In this document: in pieces, positions 1 to 10,584 of the stretch
Numbering within the stretch: position 1 is the first letter of the stretch
Layout of the letters: every line of letters starts with the position of its first letter
Source: an uncultured virus (IMG/VR IMGVR_UViG_3300007961_000315)
Taxonomy: Duplodnaviria > Heunggongvirae > Uroviricota > Caudoviricetes
DNA length: 64,000 bases
Direction: 5' to 3' (one strand)
IMG/VR virus record: IMGVR_UViG_3300007961_000315
Program-made: the position numbers and the translations under genes
The notes under the pieces: model-generated
Told to the model about the DNA's origin: nothing
What the model saw: the letters and a program-made list of their open reading frames with translations, nothing else
The model's database searches: none

Positions 1-1266
1 TTGTTATCCCCAAAGGCAAAACGGATTTTCGCATGGTCGATGGCTCTGCTGATGGCGCTGATGGTGCTGGTCCCATCGCTTTCTGCGATGGTGGACGCCG
101 CCGACGATGAGGACGAATATGAAGAAGAGCTGGTTGCGGAAGGTTCCGAAGATGCGGCACAGCCGGACTTCACAGAAGAAAAGAACCAGATCAGCAATCT
201 CAATAATAAATATAAGCAGCTGCAGCAGCAGCAAAACGAGATCCAGTCGAAGATCACCGCCGCGCAGGGCCAGCGCAAACAGCAGGAGGCCCTCAAGCAG
301 GAGATCGATAACCAGATCAACAACACCCTGCAGCAGATTGATCTGCTCAATGAACGCATTGCCCTTCTGGAGGACGAGATCCGCACGAAGGAAAAGGAAA
401 TGAACCAGAAACAGGCTGAGATTGACGACACCTATGAGCTGTTCAAGCTGCGTTTCCGTGCGATGACCGCGACACAGAACACCAGTACCCTGGGACTGGT
501 GCTCGGAGCGGAGGATTTCTCCGAGTTTTTGACCCGCACCGAGGTTTCGACCCGGATTGCCAAATACGACCAGGCCATGATGGACGCGCTGCTCGCGGAA
601 AAGCGGGAACTTGAAGAGATCAAGGGCAAGATCGAAGAGAGCAAAGCGGGCGTCGAGCGGGATAAAGCGGATATGGCCGTCAAGAAAAACGACCTCGACC
701 ACCAGATGTCCGAAGCGCAGGAGCGCATCCAGGACATCGCCGCGATGGAGCGGGAATTCCTCGCAAACAAGGCTGAGCTGCAAAAGCAGATGGCGGCCGT
801 GCAGGCGGAAATCGACAAGATCTACGATGAAATCAACAAAAATTCGGCCAATTCAGTCTACAGCGGCGGCCAGATGGCCTGGCCCGCGCCCGGGCTTTCG
901 ATGGTCACCTCGGAATACGGCTCCCGCTTCGGCGGAAGCGATTACCATACCGGCATCGACATCTCCGGCGGGGGCGCTTATGGTGCTTCGATCGTCGCGG
1001 CAAACTCTGGGACGGTAGCCTTTGTCAATACGGCGGTTACGCCGGGATACGGCTACGGAAAATATCTGATCATCGACCACGGCGGCGGGATTTCCACCCT
1101 TTATGCCCATTGCAGCGCGATCAATGTTTCGGTGGGGGAGAAAGTCTCCCGCGGCCAGAAGATCGCGGAGGTCGGATCGACTGGCTGGTCTACCGGGCCA
1201 CATGTCCATTTTGAGGTGCGTGTCAACGGCAAGCACCAGCCGCCGCGTCCATACCTGGGCAGATAA
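1..1266 (+). CDS. Coiled-coil + M23 (LytM) peptidase, EnvC/murein hydrolase-like
   Basis: Signal peptide, long coiled coil, C-terminal HTGID and GPHVHFEVR zinc motifs; TTG start at window edge matches the paralogue's N-terminus. Confidence 0.85.
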   Translation: MLSPKAKRIFAWSMALLMALMVLVPSLSAMVDAADDEDEYEEELVAEGSEDAAQPDFTEEKNQISNLNNKYKQLQQQQNEIQSKITAAQGQRKQQEALKQEIDNQINNTLQQIDLLNERIALLEDEIRTKEKEMNQKQAEIDDTYELFKLRFRAMTATQNTSTLGLVLGAEDFSEFLTRTEVSTRIAKYDQAMMDALLAEKRELEEIKGKIEESKAGVERDKADMAVKKNDLDHQMSEAQERIQDIAAMEREFLANKAELQKQMAAVQAEIDKIYDEINKNSANSVYSGGQMAWPAPGLSMVTSEYGSRFGGSDYHTGIDISGGGAYGASIVAANSGTVAFVNTAVTPGYGYGKYLIIDHGGGISTLYAHCSAINVSVGEKVSRGQKIAEVGSTGWSTGPHVHFEVRVNGKHQPPRPYLGR

Positions 1267-1346
1267 CGCCCCTCCGGCATCAGCGCGGAACGGGCAGCCT
1301 ATTTTAAAAACAGCTTTTGCAGAGGACAGAGAGGAGTGTTCGCAGC

Positions 1347-2543
1347 GTGATTTCACCGAGAGGCAAACGGATTTTTGCGTGGCTGATGGCCGCTTTGATG
1401 GCGCTGATGCTGATTGTGCCGACGGTTTCGCTTGTGGCGCAGGCCGACGAATACTCCGACGGGCAGGCGGAGATCGATGCGCTGAGCGACCAATATAAAG
1501 ATCTGCAGCAGCAGCAGAAAGAGATCCAGCGCAAGCTTTCGCTCGCGCAGGGGGAAAAGAAAAAGCTTCAGGCCGTCCAGCAGGAGCTCAATAACCAGCT
1601 CAACACCACCCTCAGCCAGATCGAGGTTTTGAATGAGCGCATCGAGCACCTCAACCGCAACATTGCGGTCAAGGAGGAGGAACTTGCGGAAAAGCAGGCG
1701 GCCTATGACGAGACTTATGCCCTTTTCAAACAACGGTTTCGTGCGATGACCGCCGCGCAGAATACCAGTACCCTCGGGCTTGTGCTCGGCGCGGACAATT
1801 TTTCCGAGGTGCTTACCCGCACCGAAGTCTCCACCCGGATCGCCCAGTATGACCGGGAGATCATGGACCGGCTCGCCGCGGAGCGACAGGAGCTTGAAGA
1901 GGTTAAAGAAATCATCGAAACCAGCAAACGCCTGGTGGAGGAGGACAAGGGAGAGCTTGACTCCAAGCGGGAGGACCTGAGCGTCCAGGAGGCCGAAGCC
2001 CGCAATCGTGTGCACGACGTTTCCGCGCTCGAACAGCAGTTTATGGCCAATAAGGAAGAAATGCAGAAAAAAATGGCCGCGGTCCAGGCTGAGATCAACG
2101 AGATCTACCGGGAGATCAACAAGACCTCCACCAAGATCCCGTATGTTGGCGGCGAGATGCAGTGGCCTTCGAACGTACTCACCGGCATCACCTCCAATTT
2201 TGGCTCCCGCTTCGGCGGAAGCGATTACCACACGGGCATCGATATTGCTGGCAACGGGGCCTATGGCACCCCGGTGCTCGCTGCGAACACCGGGACGGTG
2301 GTCGTTGCCAACACCAAGCCGAACGAAGGCTACGGAACCTATGTGATTATCGACCATGGCGGCGGTATCCAGACCCTTTACGGGCATTGCAGCAGGCTCA
2401 CCGTATCGGTGGGGGATGTCGTGGCCACCGGACAGAAGATTGCCGAAGTCGGCTCGACCGGCTGGGCAACCGGCCCGCATATCCACTTTGAAGTGCGCGT
2501 CAACGGCAGCGCGAAGAATCCCATCAGCTATCTTGGCGGCTGA
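1347..2543 (+). CDS. Second coiled-coil + M23 peptidase (tandem paralogue)
   Basis: GTG start after GAGGAG; same architecture, HTGID and GPHIHFEVR motifs. Confidence 0.85.
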   Translation: MISPRGKRIFAWLMAALMALMLIVPTVSLVAQADEYSDGQAEIDALSDQYKDLQQQQKEIQRKLSLAQGEKKKLQAVQQELNNQLNTTLSQIEVLNERIEHLNRNIAVKEEELAEKQAAYDETYALFKQRFRAMTAAQNTSTLGLVLGADNFSEVLTRTEVSTRIAQYDREIMDRLAAERQELEEVKEIIETSKRLVEEDKGELDSKREDLSVQEAEARNRVHDVSALEQQFMANKEEMQKKMAAVQAEINEIYREINKTSTKIPYVGGEMQWPSNVLTGITSNFGSRFGGSDYHTGIDIAGNGAYGTPVLAANTGTVVVANTKPNEGYGTYVIIDHGGGIQTLYGHCSRLTVSVGDVVATGQKIAEVGSTGWATGPHIHFEVRVNGSAKNPISYLGG

Positions 2544-2591
2544 CGGCGCGCCGGGTTGGGCAGATGAGAAAAGCGAACAAAGGAGACTCGG

Positions 2592-4046
2592 ATGAACAAA
2601 AAGATTTCACTCGGCGCGGCGATCGCCTTCACGGTAATCATGGTGGCAATGACCTACTCGGTCACAATGGTCAGCTCAATGGGCAATTTTAACGACAAGG
2701 TAAATAACCTGCGGGAACGGGAGTCCTTCTACAGCAAGCTTGCGGAGATCGACAGCATCACCCGCCAGAATTATATCGGTACCATCGACGAATCGCTCCT
2801 GATGAATGAGGAGGCCAAAGGTTTTATCGCCGGCTTGGACGATCCTTACGCCGCCTATTACGACGCGGCGGCTTATGACCGGCTGCTGCAGGATTACAGC
2901 GGTGACCGGGTGCAGATCGGCATCGTGACCAAGATGAACGAGGAAGGTTATATCGAGGTCACCGAGGTCTATCCGGATTCCCCTGCGCAGGCTGCGGGCA
3001 TCGAGCCGGGCGATTTGATCGTCAAAATCGACGACACCGATATCACTTCGGACAACTATATCGAGGCGGTCGGGATGCTTAAGGACAAGCCTGGCACCCA
3101 GATGACCATCATCCTGCGCAAAGGCGTTGAGGACAGCACCCTCGTGATGACCAGGCGGTTTGTGGAAACCCCGTCTATCTCCACCACAATGCTCGGCGGG
3201 AGCATCGGCATGGTCAAAATCAAGGAATTCAACGACAGCACGCCCGACCAGTTCTCCAAAATGGTTGACCGGCTGATCGACGAAGGCGCATACGGCCTTG
3301 TTTTCGATGTGCGCGGTGTGAGCAGGGGAACCCTGCGCTCGGTCGCGCAGATTCTGGATAAGCTATTGCCGGAAGGCGTGCTTGTCTCCTCGACCGATAA
3401 AACCGGTGTGACCACTGTGTTGGAGACCTCGGACGCGCGGCAGGTGGAGCTGCCGATGGCGGTGCTCGTAAACGATAAGACCTCCGGCGAGGCGGAGCTT
3501 TTCGCAGTTGCGATCAAGGATTATAACAAGGGCAAGATCATTGGCGTGCGCACCGCGGGAAAGGGGACGATGCAGACCATCTTCCCGCTCACCGATGGCA
3601 GCGCGATCCGCCTGACCACCGCGCGCTACAACCCGCCGGTCAGCCCGAGCTTTGACAAGGAGGGCGTCACGCCCGACTTTGAGGTGCGCAATACTGACGA
3701 CGCGCTGGCGGCGGCCGATCCGATGGAATACGACCTGCAGCTCAAAAAAGCGATGGAAGTTATTTCGGTGGCGATGAACGCCGCGGATACTCCGGCGCAG
3801 GACGCTTCGGAACCGGAGGAGAGCTCGTCGGCCGCATCAAGCCGGCCTGCATCCTCGTCCTCCGATGTGGATTCGGAAGACGAAGAGGAAAGTTCTTCCA
3901 GAAGTTCGGCGTCGTCGGGCCCGGTGGACTCCTCCGCCAGCTCGGCCGTTTCCAGCCGCGCACAAAGCAGTTCTTCCGCTTCCAGCAGCGCGGTTTCATC
4001 CGGCAGTTCCTCGGATTTGGCCGGTTCGGAGGCTTCTGGCGGCTGA
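2592..4046 (+). CDS. S41 (CtpA-like) PDZ protease homologue with Ser-rich tail
   Basis: N-terminal TM, LDDPYA, PDZ (SPAQAAGIEPGD), TAGKGTMQ, LTTARY, GVTPDFEV; active-site region divergent. Confidence 0.8.
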   Translation: MNKKISLGAAIAFTVIMVAMTYSVTMVSSMGNFNDKVNNLRERESFYSKLAEIDSITRQNYIGTIDESLLMNEEAKGFIAGLDDPYAAYYDAAAYDRLLQDYSGDRVQIGIVTKMNEEGYIEVTEVYPDSPAQAAGIEPGDLIVKIDDTDITSDNYIEAVGMLKDKPGTQMTIILRKGVEDSTLVMTRRFVETPSISTTMLGGSIGMVKIKEFNDSTPDQFSKMVDRLIDEGAYGLVFDVRGVSRGTLRSVAQILDKLLPEGVLVSSTDKTGVTTVLETSDARQVELPMAVLVNDKTSGEAELFAVAIKDYNKGKIIGVRTAGKGTMQTIFPLTDGSAIRLTTARYNPPVSPSFDKEGVTPDFEVRNTDDALAAADPMEYDLQLKKAMEVISVAMNAADTPAQDASEPEESSSAASSRPASSSSDVDSEDEEESSSRSSASSGPVDSSASSAVSSRAQSSSSASSSAVSSGSSSDLAGSEASGG

Positions 4047-4070
4047 TTTGTACAACAGGAAAAATGTGGA

Positions 4071-4103
4071 AACGCCGGCGGGCATTTTATGCCCGCCGGC
4101 GTT
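4071..4103 (+). terminator. GC-rich hairpin after S41 gene
   Basis: AACGCCGGCGGGCAT-TTT-ATGCCCGCCGGCGTT, no clear U-tract. Confidence 0.55.
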
Positions 4104-4197
4104 GGCATATTTGCGGCATGGTTGGAATATACTGTTCAGGACAAACAAAAAGATAGGATCGGGATGAAAAATTTTGATAAAATGTCAAAACCTGCAC

Positions 4198-4226
4198 TTG
4201 ACATCTCGGGACGGTTTGACTATAAT
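4198..4226 (+). promoter_or_regulatory. Sigma-A promoter of greA
   Basis: TTGACA-17bp-TATAAT perfect consensus. Confidence 0.8.
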
Positions 4227-4359
4227 ACTAACCATTGCAACATACGGTGATACCGGAGGTGCTTGCGCACCGGAACAGATTGCTGGCTAGATGGTCGCCA
4301 TAGGGCGGCCTTCTGTAATATACAAAAGAAAATGTTCTTGTAAAGGGGAATGTGTGGAT

Positions 4360-4833
4360 ATGGCGACGGAGCTTTTGATGACGAAAGAGGGCTATGAAGC
4401 CCTGAAAAAAGAACTTGACGAGCTGAAAAGCGTCACCAGGGGGGAGATCTCGGAAAAAATCCGGGTGGCACGCGGTTTCGGCGACCTGAGTGAAAACAGC
4501 GAGTACGATGAGGCCAAAAATGAACAGGCGGTCGTGGAAGCGCGGATCAAAAAGCTGGAGGATCAGCTCAAAAATGTGAAAATCATCTCGAAGGAGGAAA
4601 TCGCCACCGACAGGGTGACGGTTGGCTGCCGCGTCAAGATTCTGGACCTCGACTACAATGAGGAGATGGAATACCGTATTGCCAGCTCGGTGGAATCGAA
4701 TGCTTCGGACAACACAATTTCTGACGAATCCCCGGTGGGTAAAGGTCTTATTGGGCACAAGGTGGGCGAGTGTGTGGAAATCCATGCGCCGGCTGCGACT
4801 TTCAAGCTCAAGATCCTTGAAATCGGCCTTTGA
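4360..4833 (+). CDS. greA: Transcription elongation factor GreA
   Basis: ARGFGDLSENSEYDEAK and ISDESPVGKGL motifs; greA-lysS synteny. Confidence 0.97.
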   Translation: MATELLMTKEGYEALKKELDELKSVTRGEISEKIRVARGFGDLSENSEYDEAKNEQAVVEARIKKLEDQLKNVKIISKEEIATDRVTVGCRVKILDLDYNEEMEYRIASSVESNASDNTISDESPVGKGLIGHKVGECVEIHAPAATFKLKILEIGL

Positions 4834-4877
4834 TCACTTTGGATCAATCAAAATTGATATGCGGCGAAATATTTGTG

Positions 4878-4908
4878 AAAAGCGGGCTTTGCAAAAGCCC
4901 GCTTTTTT
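4878..4908 (+). terminator. Intrinsic terminator after greA
   Basis: AAAAGCGGGCTTT-GCA-AAAGCCCGCTTTTTT. Confidence 0.75.
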
Positions 4909-4941
4909 GGTATAATAATTCCATATGTAAATGTTGCGTAA

Positions 4942-6474
<1,533 letters not shown>

Positions 6475-6524
6475 CATGAACCCGCATAAACACTAGGTTT
6501 TCAGCGTTGGTAGTTTGCGTAGTA

Positions 6525-6563
6525 TACGCCAATTTACGCCAACCTTACGCCAATTGACGCAAC
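6525..6563 (+). repeat. TACGCCAA direct repeats x3 plus one degenerate copy (putative integrase arm sites)
   Basis: TACGCCAA at 6525, 6535 and 6546; GACGCAAC at 6556; 10-11 bp period. Confidence 0.65.
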
Positions 6564-6740
6564 ATGTACAACTGGGAAAGATAAGAGATATCCACTAATG
6601 CAGAAAAGAGCCTTGAAAAAGGTTCTTTTCTTTTATGCTGAGAAATTTCCAACTGCGAAGCGTTCTGGAAGACAATCCACTATGTAAGGCACTCCAAGGG
6701 GAGTGCTTTTTTCTATATCCGATAAAGTTGAGGTGAAGAA

Positions 6741-7988
6741 ATGGAGACGATCATCAGCGTTGATTCCAAGGGATATGGGAAAATTTACAAGGCAGTAATG
6801 CGCGATCGGGAACTCCCAATTTTGGCAAAAACTATCTACGCATATTTTTGCTCCTATGCCGGCTGTGGAGGACAGGCATATCCTAAGCGTGACAAGATCG
6901 TACGTGATCTTCAAATGAATAAAGACACCTACACCAAACATCTCGGTTTACTTGTAGGAAGGGGATATATCACAAAGGAACGTACAGCTACAGGAAATCT
7001 CTATACCATCCAGCAGTCGGTTCCGGGCTATCATTTCATTGGGGAGGATGAAGCAGGCTTAGGGGATTTTCTTGTCTTTGAAAACATAACAGCCCATGGT
7101 TTCGGCACTGTCCCAAAGCTGGTAATGCTGGATCCAGACCTAACGCCCCAGGCAAAGGCTATATACGCTTATTTCGCGGCTTTTGCCGGCGCAGGTACAA
7201 TATCATTCCCAAAGCGGTCAACGGTCCTTAGAGAGCTTAGAATTGGCTCTGTGGGCACTTACTATCGTCACTTCAATCTTCTCATTGAAAAAGGCTATCT
7301 TTCGGTAGAGCAGCGCAAGGATAACGGGCGGTTTGATATCTGCATATACCGGTTGAATAATATGGTCTCAGCGGGGATGTCCGAAAAATCGAAACACGGT
7401 GATCCCTTGGGTGCACCAGACACTGGAATGTCCGAAAAAATGGTACGCGGTGGAAAGACGTTGAAAAGTTCCTCTATTTCATCCGAAAAACTGATGTCCG
7501 AAAAAGTAGTATCCGAAAAAACAGAACCCCAAAATGTCGGACGCAATAATAATAACAATCAAAACATAACAAACAGGATCCATGAAAAGGAACAGGAGAA
7601 TAATCATCAGCGCGAGGAAAAAGATTCTCCATTTCATGCCTTCACGCCGGATGAAGTGATGGAACTTATCCGTTACGAAAAGTTGAGACAGGAATTTGAG
7701 GGATGGGGATCTCTGCTAAAGAACACGCTTGGTCAACTGCCGTCACCGAAGGAAGAACGACGGTATCAACAGGTCACGACAGAAATTCTGACAGAGCTTG
7801 TCAATCAGATCACAGAGTCATTGAACACAGCAGAGTGTCCCGGCCGAATCCTAGAGGCAATGCAAGGCGCAGCATTTTCCTGTATGATCGATGGCTTCTT
7901 GGAGCATTGGAGCAGCATCCGCCATGTTAAAAGCTACGTTGCCGCCTCCATTGCAAATCTAATTCGGAGTGAAAGTGCGATGCTCTAA
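6741..7988 (+). CDS. Tandem helix-turn-helix protein, probable replication initiator
   Basis: Two homologous wHTH units (GYGKIYKAVMRD..AKTIYAYF / GFGTVPKLVMLD..AKAIYAYF), then a linker with DNA iterons. Confidence 0.6.
   Translation: METIISVDSKGYGKIYKAVMRDRELPILAKTIYAYFCSYAGCGGQAYPKRDKIVRDLQMNKDTYTKHLGLLVGRGYITKERTATGNLYTIQQSVPGYHFIGEDEAGLGDFLVFENITAHGFGTVPKLVMLDPDLTPQAKAIYAYFAAFAGAGTISFPKRSTVLRELRIGSVGTYYRHFNLLIEKGYLSVEQRKDNGRFDICIYRLNNMVSAGMSEKSKHGDPLGAPDTGMSEKMVRGGKTLKSSSISSEKLMSEKVVSEKTEPQNVGRNNNNNQNITNRIHEKEQENNHQREEKDSPFHAFTPDEVMELIRYEKLRQEFEGWGSLLKNTLGQLPSPKEERRYQQVTTEILTELVNQITESLNTAECPGRILEAMQGAAFSCMIDGFLEHWSSIRHVKSYVAASIANLIRSESAML
7380..7575 (+). repeat. Iteron-like TCCGAAAAA x5 plus A-rich tract (putative origin)
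   Basis: TCCGAAAAA at 7380, 7431, 7482, 7497 and 7512, followed by AATAATAATAACAATCAAAACATAACAAAC. Confidence 0.55.
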
Positions 7989-8006
7989 GTATCGTACTGG
8001 TTTCAT

Positions 8007-8160
8007 ATGGCAATCGTTGAGGTTAAATCTGCCGACAACACCCGGGCAAAGAGGCTGAAAATCGATATGCAGGCCTATGCGATCAAGCACTCGGCAAATA
8101 AATTCGGCTTTGAGGATGATAAGAAAATCTTACCCTTCTATGCTGCATTGTGTTTGAACA
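8007..8160 (+). pseudogene. C-terminal fragment of DUF4143-type ATPase/nuclease
   Basis: IVEVKSADNTRAK...LPFYAA resembles the C-terminus of AAA_14-DUF4143 proteins; no upstream body. Confidence 0.4.
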
Positions 8161-8177
8161 GGGAGCAGATAGCATCC

Positions 8178-8223
8178 AATTATAGAAATTCACTTGACAT
8201 ACGTCAAGTGAATTTCTATAATT
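8178..8223. promoter_or_regulatory. Perfect 21-bp-arm inverted repeat forming a promoter on each strand
   Basis: AATTATAGAAATTCACTTGAC-ATAC-GTCAAGTGAATTTCTATAATT; TTGACA-17-TATAAT on +, TTGACG-17-TATAAT on -. Confidence 0.8.
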
Positions 8224-8240
8224 AATGCGAGGTGAACAGT

Positions 8241-9065
8241 ATGGAAAAGCAGTTGGTTCTTGAGAAACAGGACATGACCTATCTGACTTGGAGTAAAATC
8301 CGGCATTCCTCTGGGACCGCCGGCTCATTTTTGAAGTCATACTCTGAGTTGGGAGGGAAAAAGATCTACTATAAGCTTTCCAATTACGATAACACGAAAG
8401 GCGTAATCGGGCACGAAAGCGTTAATGAATTGATCGTAGACCGTTTACTGACGGTTCTGGGAATTCCGCATCTCCAGTATCAGCTCATCCATGCAAATAT
8501 ACTCGTGAATGAAAGGCCGGAGGAAACCTATCTCTGTGCTTCTGAGGATTTCAAACAGACAAGCGAGGATAAAATCGCCCTGGATGCATTTTATGAGGCA
8601 GAGCGAGTGCCCGGAGAAACACCCCTTGCGTTCTGTATCCGCATGGGCTGGGGTTCATACATTTGGCAGATGCTTGTTGTGGATTTTCTAATTCTGAATC
8701 GGGACCGGCATGGCGCCAATATTGAGGTGCTTCGCAACAAAAAAAAGAAAACGATCTGCTTGGCGCCTTTGTTTGATCACGGCTTATCCCTGCTTTGCAC
8801 CTGTCTTTCAGATGATGCGATTGCGAAGTTTGACGTCATGGAGGACCGCGCAATTCAGTCCTATGTGGCATCCCGGTCCGCCAAGGATAACCTGAAGCTG
8901 ATTCCTGCCGATGAAATGCCGAAACTCAACTGGCTGAAGGAAAGCGACAAGGCAATCTTGCTGGAAGGGCTTGACGGAGTCCTTTCAAAGGGACTGCAGG
9001 AAAAGATTTGGGATATGATTTGGGGGCGGTGGTGCTGCTATGAAGATTTTTGCAATCAGAGATGA
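8241..9065 (+). CDS. HipA/HipT-like kinase (putative toxin)
   Basis: NELIVDRLL, DFLILNRDRHGANI and LAPLFDHG kinase motifs. Confidence 0.7.
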   Translation: MEKQLVLEKQDMTYLTWSKIRHSSGTAGSFLKSYSELGGKKIYYKLSNYDNTKGVIGHESVNELIVDRLLTVLGIPHLQYQLIHANILVNERPEETYLCASEDFKQTSEDKIALDAFYEAERVPGETPLAFCIRMGWGSYIWQMLVVDFLILNRDRHGANIEVLRNKKKKTICLAPLFDHGLSLLCTCLSDDAIAKFDVMEDRAIQSYVASRSAKDNLKLIPADEMPKLNWLKESDKAILLEGLDGVLSKGLQEKIWDMIWGRWCCYEDFCNQR

Positions 9066-9855
9066 ATTTGAGGATACTCCAAAGAATCTGGGATATCTGC
9101 TCTATTACGAAACAGAAAAAAATTTTTATATTGAACTGCCCGAAAACGCAGATCCTTGGAAAACCCCGCTGATCCTGTCAAGCTTTGCCCAAAAAGGCGA
9201 GACGACAATCAATTCCTATTGGAGCAGGCTTTGGGTGCAGCAGCGCATTGTGCCACCAGACCGCCAGAATATCGGGCAGGTGTTGCGGGATAACAAGCTG
9301 AAGGAATATGACGAGTTTGATCTGTTGATGCTTTCGATGGGCCGCTGTGCGCAGGACGACTACTACCTTGCCCCATTGGATGAAAGCGAGCTTCCGAAGG
9401 ATGTGCTGCGCCGTTTTGAAAAAAAGATCGAAGATGCAGTTGCACTGGACGGCAACAAGCTGCTCGTTTTTTTCCGGGATGGGACGATTCGAAAATGTGA
9501 TCTGACCCGTTATTTTGAAACGCACAAACGGTTTTCGATCCTGCTGAGCAAACCGGAGTTCTTTCCATCAGTTAAAATCCAAACAGGCGGATATGGAATC
9601 CGATGGGACGAAAATCTTACAATCACCGACTCGGTGCTTTACAAAATGGGAAAGGCAATTCCTTTGACGATGGAAGATTTTAAGCGCTTTGCATCGGAGA
9701 GAATCGTAAATGCAGCGGAGGCGGCTGAAATGCTGAACTGCTCCCGGCAATATGTGAATGAGCTTGTCAAGAAAGGGCTGCTTCATCCGATCAAGGCATA
9801 TGAAAAGACTACTTTGTTTTTAAAGAGTGAGGTGCTAAAAAAGAATTGGGAGTGA
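9040..9855 (+). CDS. HipA-N/HipS-like + DUF2442-like + C-terminal HTH protein (putative antitoxin)
   Basis: RIVPPDRQNI..EYDEFDLL..GRCAQD; LLVFFRDG..GYGIRW; AAEAAEMLNCSRQYVNELVKKG; overlaps kinase gene. Confidence 0.55.
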   Translation: MKIFAIRDEFEDTPKNLGYLLYYETEKNFYIELPENADPWKTPLILSSFAQKGETTINSYWSRLWVQQRIVPPDRQNIGQVLRDNKLKEYDEFDLLMLSMGRCAQDDYYLAPLDESELPKDVLRRFEKKIEDAVALDGNKLLVFFRDGTIRKCDLTRYFETHKRFSILLSKPEFFPSVKIQTGGYGIRWDENLTITDSVLYKMGKAIPLTMEDFKRFASERIVNAAEAAEMLNCSRQYVNELVKKGLLHPIKAYEKTTLFLKSEVLKKNWE

Positions 9856-9892
9856 AGGTTCAACCAGTTCGACCAGTCAACTGCATATAGTA

Positions 9893-10036
9893 TTGACAAT
9901 TTTTAAATAATACTATATACTGTGGTTACAATGTTTTTTGAACTCTTCGAAGAGTTTGCTTGTTGGCAGCTTCGTCGCTGCTTGAAATGATTTTTTGGCG
10001 CAGTACTCCCATGATGGGCGTACTGCGCCTTTTTTG
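9893..10036 (+). promoter_or_regulatory. Conserved leader copy 1: promoter + two hairpins + terminator
   Basis: TTGACA-17-TATACT; AACTCTTCGAAGAGTT palindrome; GCAGC-TTCGTC-GCTGC; GGCGCAGTAC..GTACTGCGCC-T6; near-identical copies at 57501-57644(-) and 62977-63121(+). Confidence 0.85.
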
Positions 10037-10137
10037 TTTTTTGAGCCGAATTGACAATGATCAGGGAGCTGGACTCCCTGTTTACATAGATATAAATAGC
10101 GAAAGGAGGCAAAAGCCGCAATAGAATCAGGTCTGAT

Positions 10138-10185
10138 GGGGAGCAAAGCTGCGAGAGCTGTTTTGCTCCCCTTTTTATTTTTTTA
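10138..10185 (+). terminator. Second terminator before the first gene of operon A
   Basis: GGGGAGCAAA...TTTGCTCCCC followed by TTTTTATTTTTTT. Confidence 0.7.
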
Positions 10186-10206
10186 TGAGGGAAAGGATGT
10201 ATCAAA

Positions 10207-10584
10207 ATGAAAGCAGCAGAAAACACGATCAATATGCTCGGTGAAAAGATGGAAGTATTTGTCGGCGCAGGATGCTTATCCGAATGCAATTCCTATATAG
10301 CAGCCCGGCTCCCGGCAATCATCTCGAATCTTTGTGAGACTTTATCCAGGCGCCAGGTGGCCCGCACCTTCATGCATCATGTCCGAATTGGAGATACGGT
10401 GGCTCTGATAGACAGAAAAAATGGTTGCTCGTTTCGCCTTAAGATGGAAGCTCATTCCGTTTGCATCATTGGAATTGGTTTTACCGCTGCGCCTCCGGAA
10501 AGTTCCGGCCAGGTATACTATCTTGTCAATTCAAGATTGTGGCAGCGCCACAATGGTCGGAACAGATTGGCGGTGGCTGCATGA
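10207..10584 (+). CDS. Hypothetical protein (ends LAVAA)
   Basis: RBS GAAAGGA; first gene of operon A; ATGA overlap with next gene. Confidence 0.6.
   Translation: MKAAENTINMLGEKMEVFVGAGCLSECNSYIAARLPAIISNLCETLSRRQVARTFMHHVRIGDTVALIDRKNGCSFRLKMEAHSVCIIGIGFTAAPPESSGQVYYLVNSRLWQRHNGRNRLAVAA

Noticed and set aside
4230..4359. Structured greA leader RNA
   Set aside because: Short hairpins exist in the ~130-nt 5' UTR, but there is no terminator or recognisable motif; cannot be supported by eye
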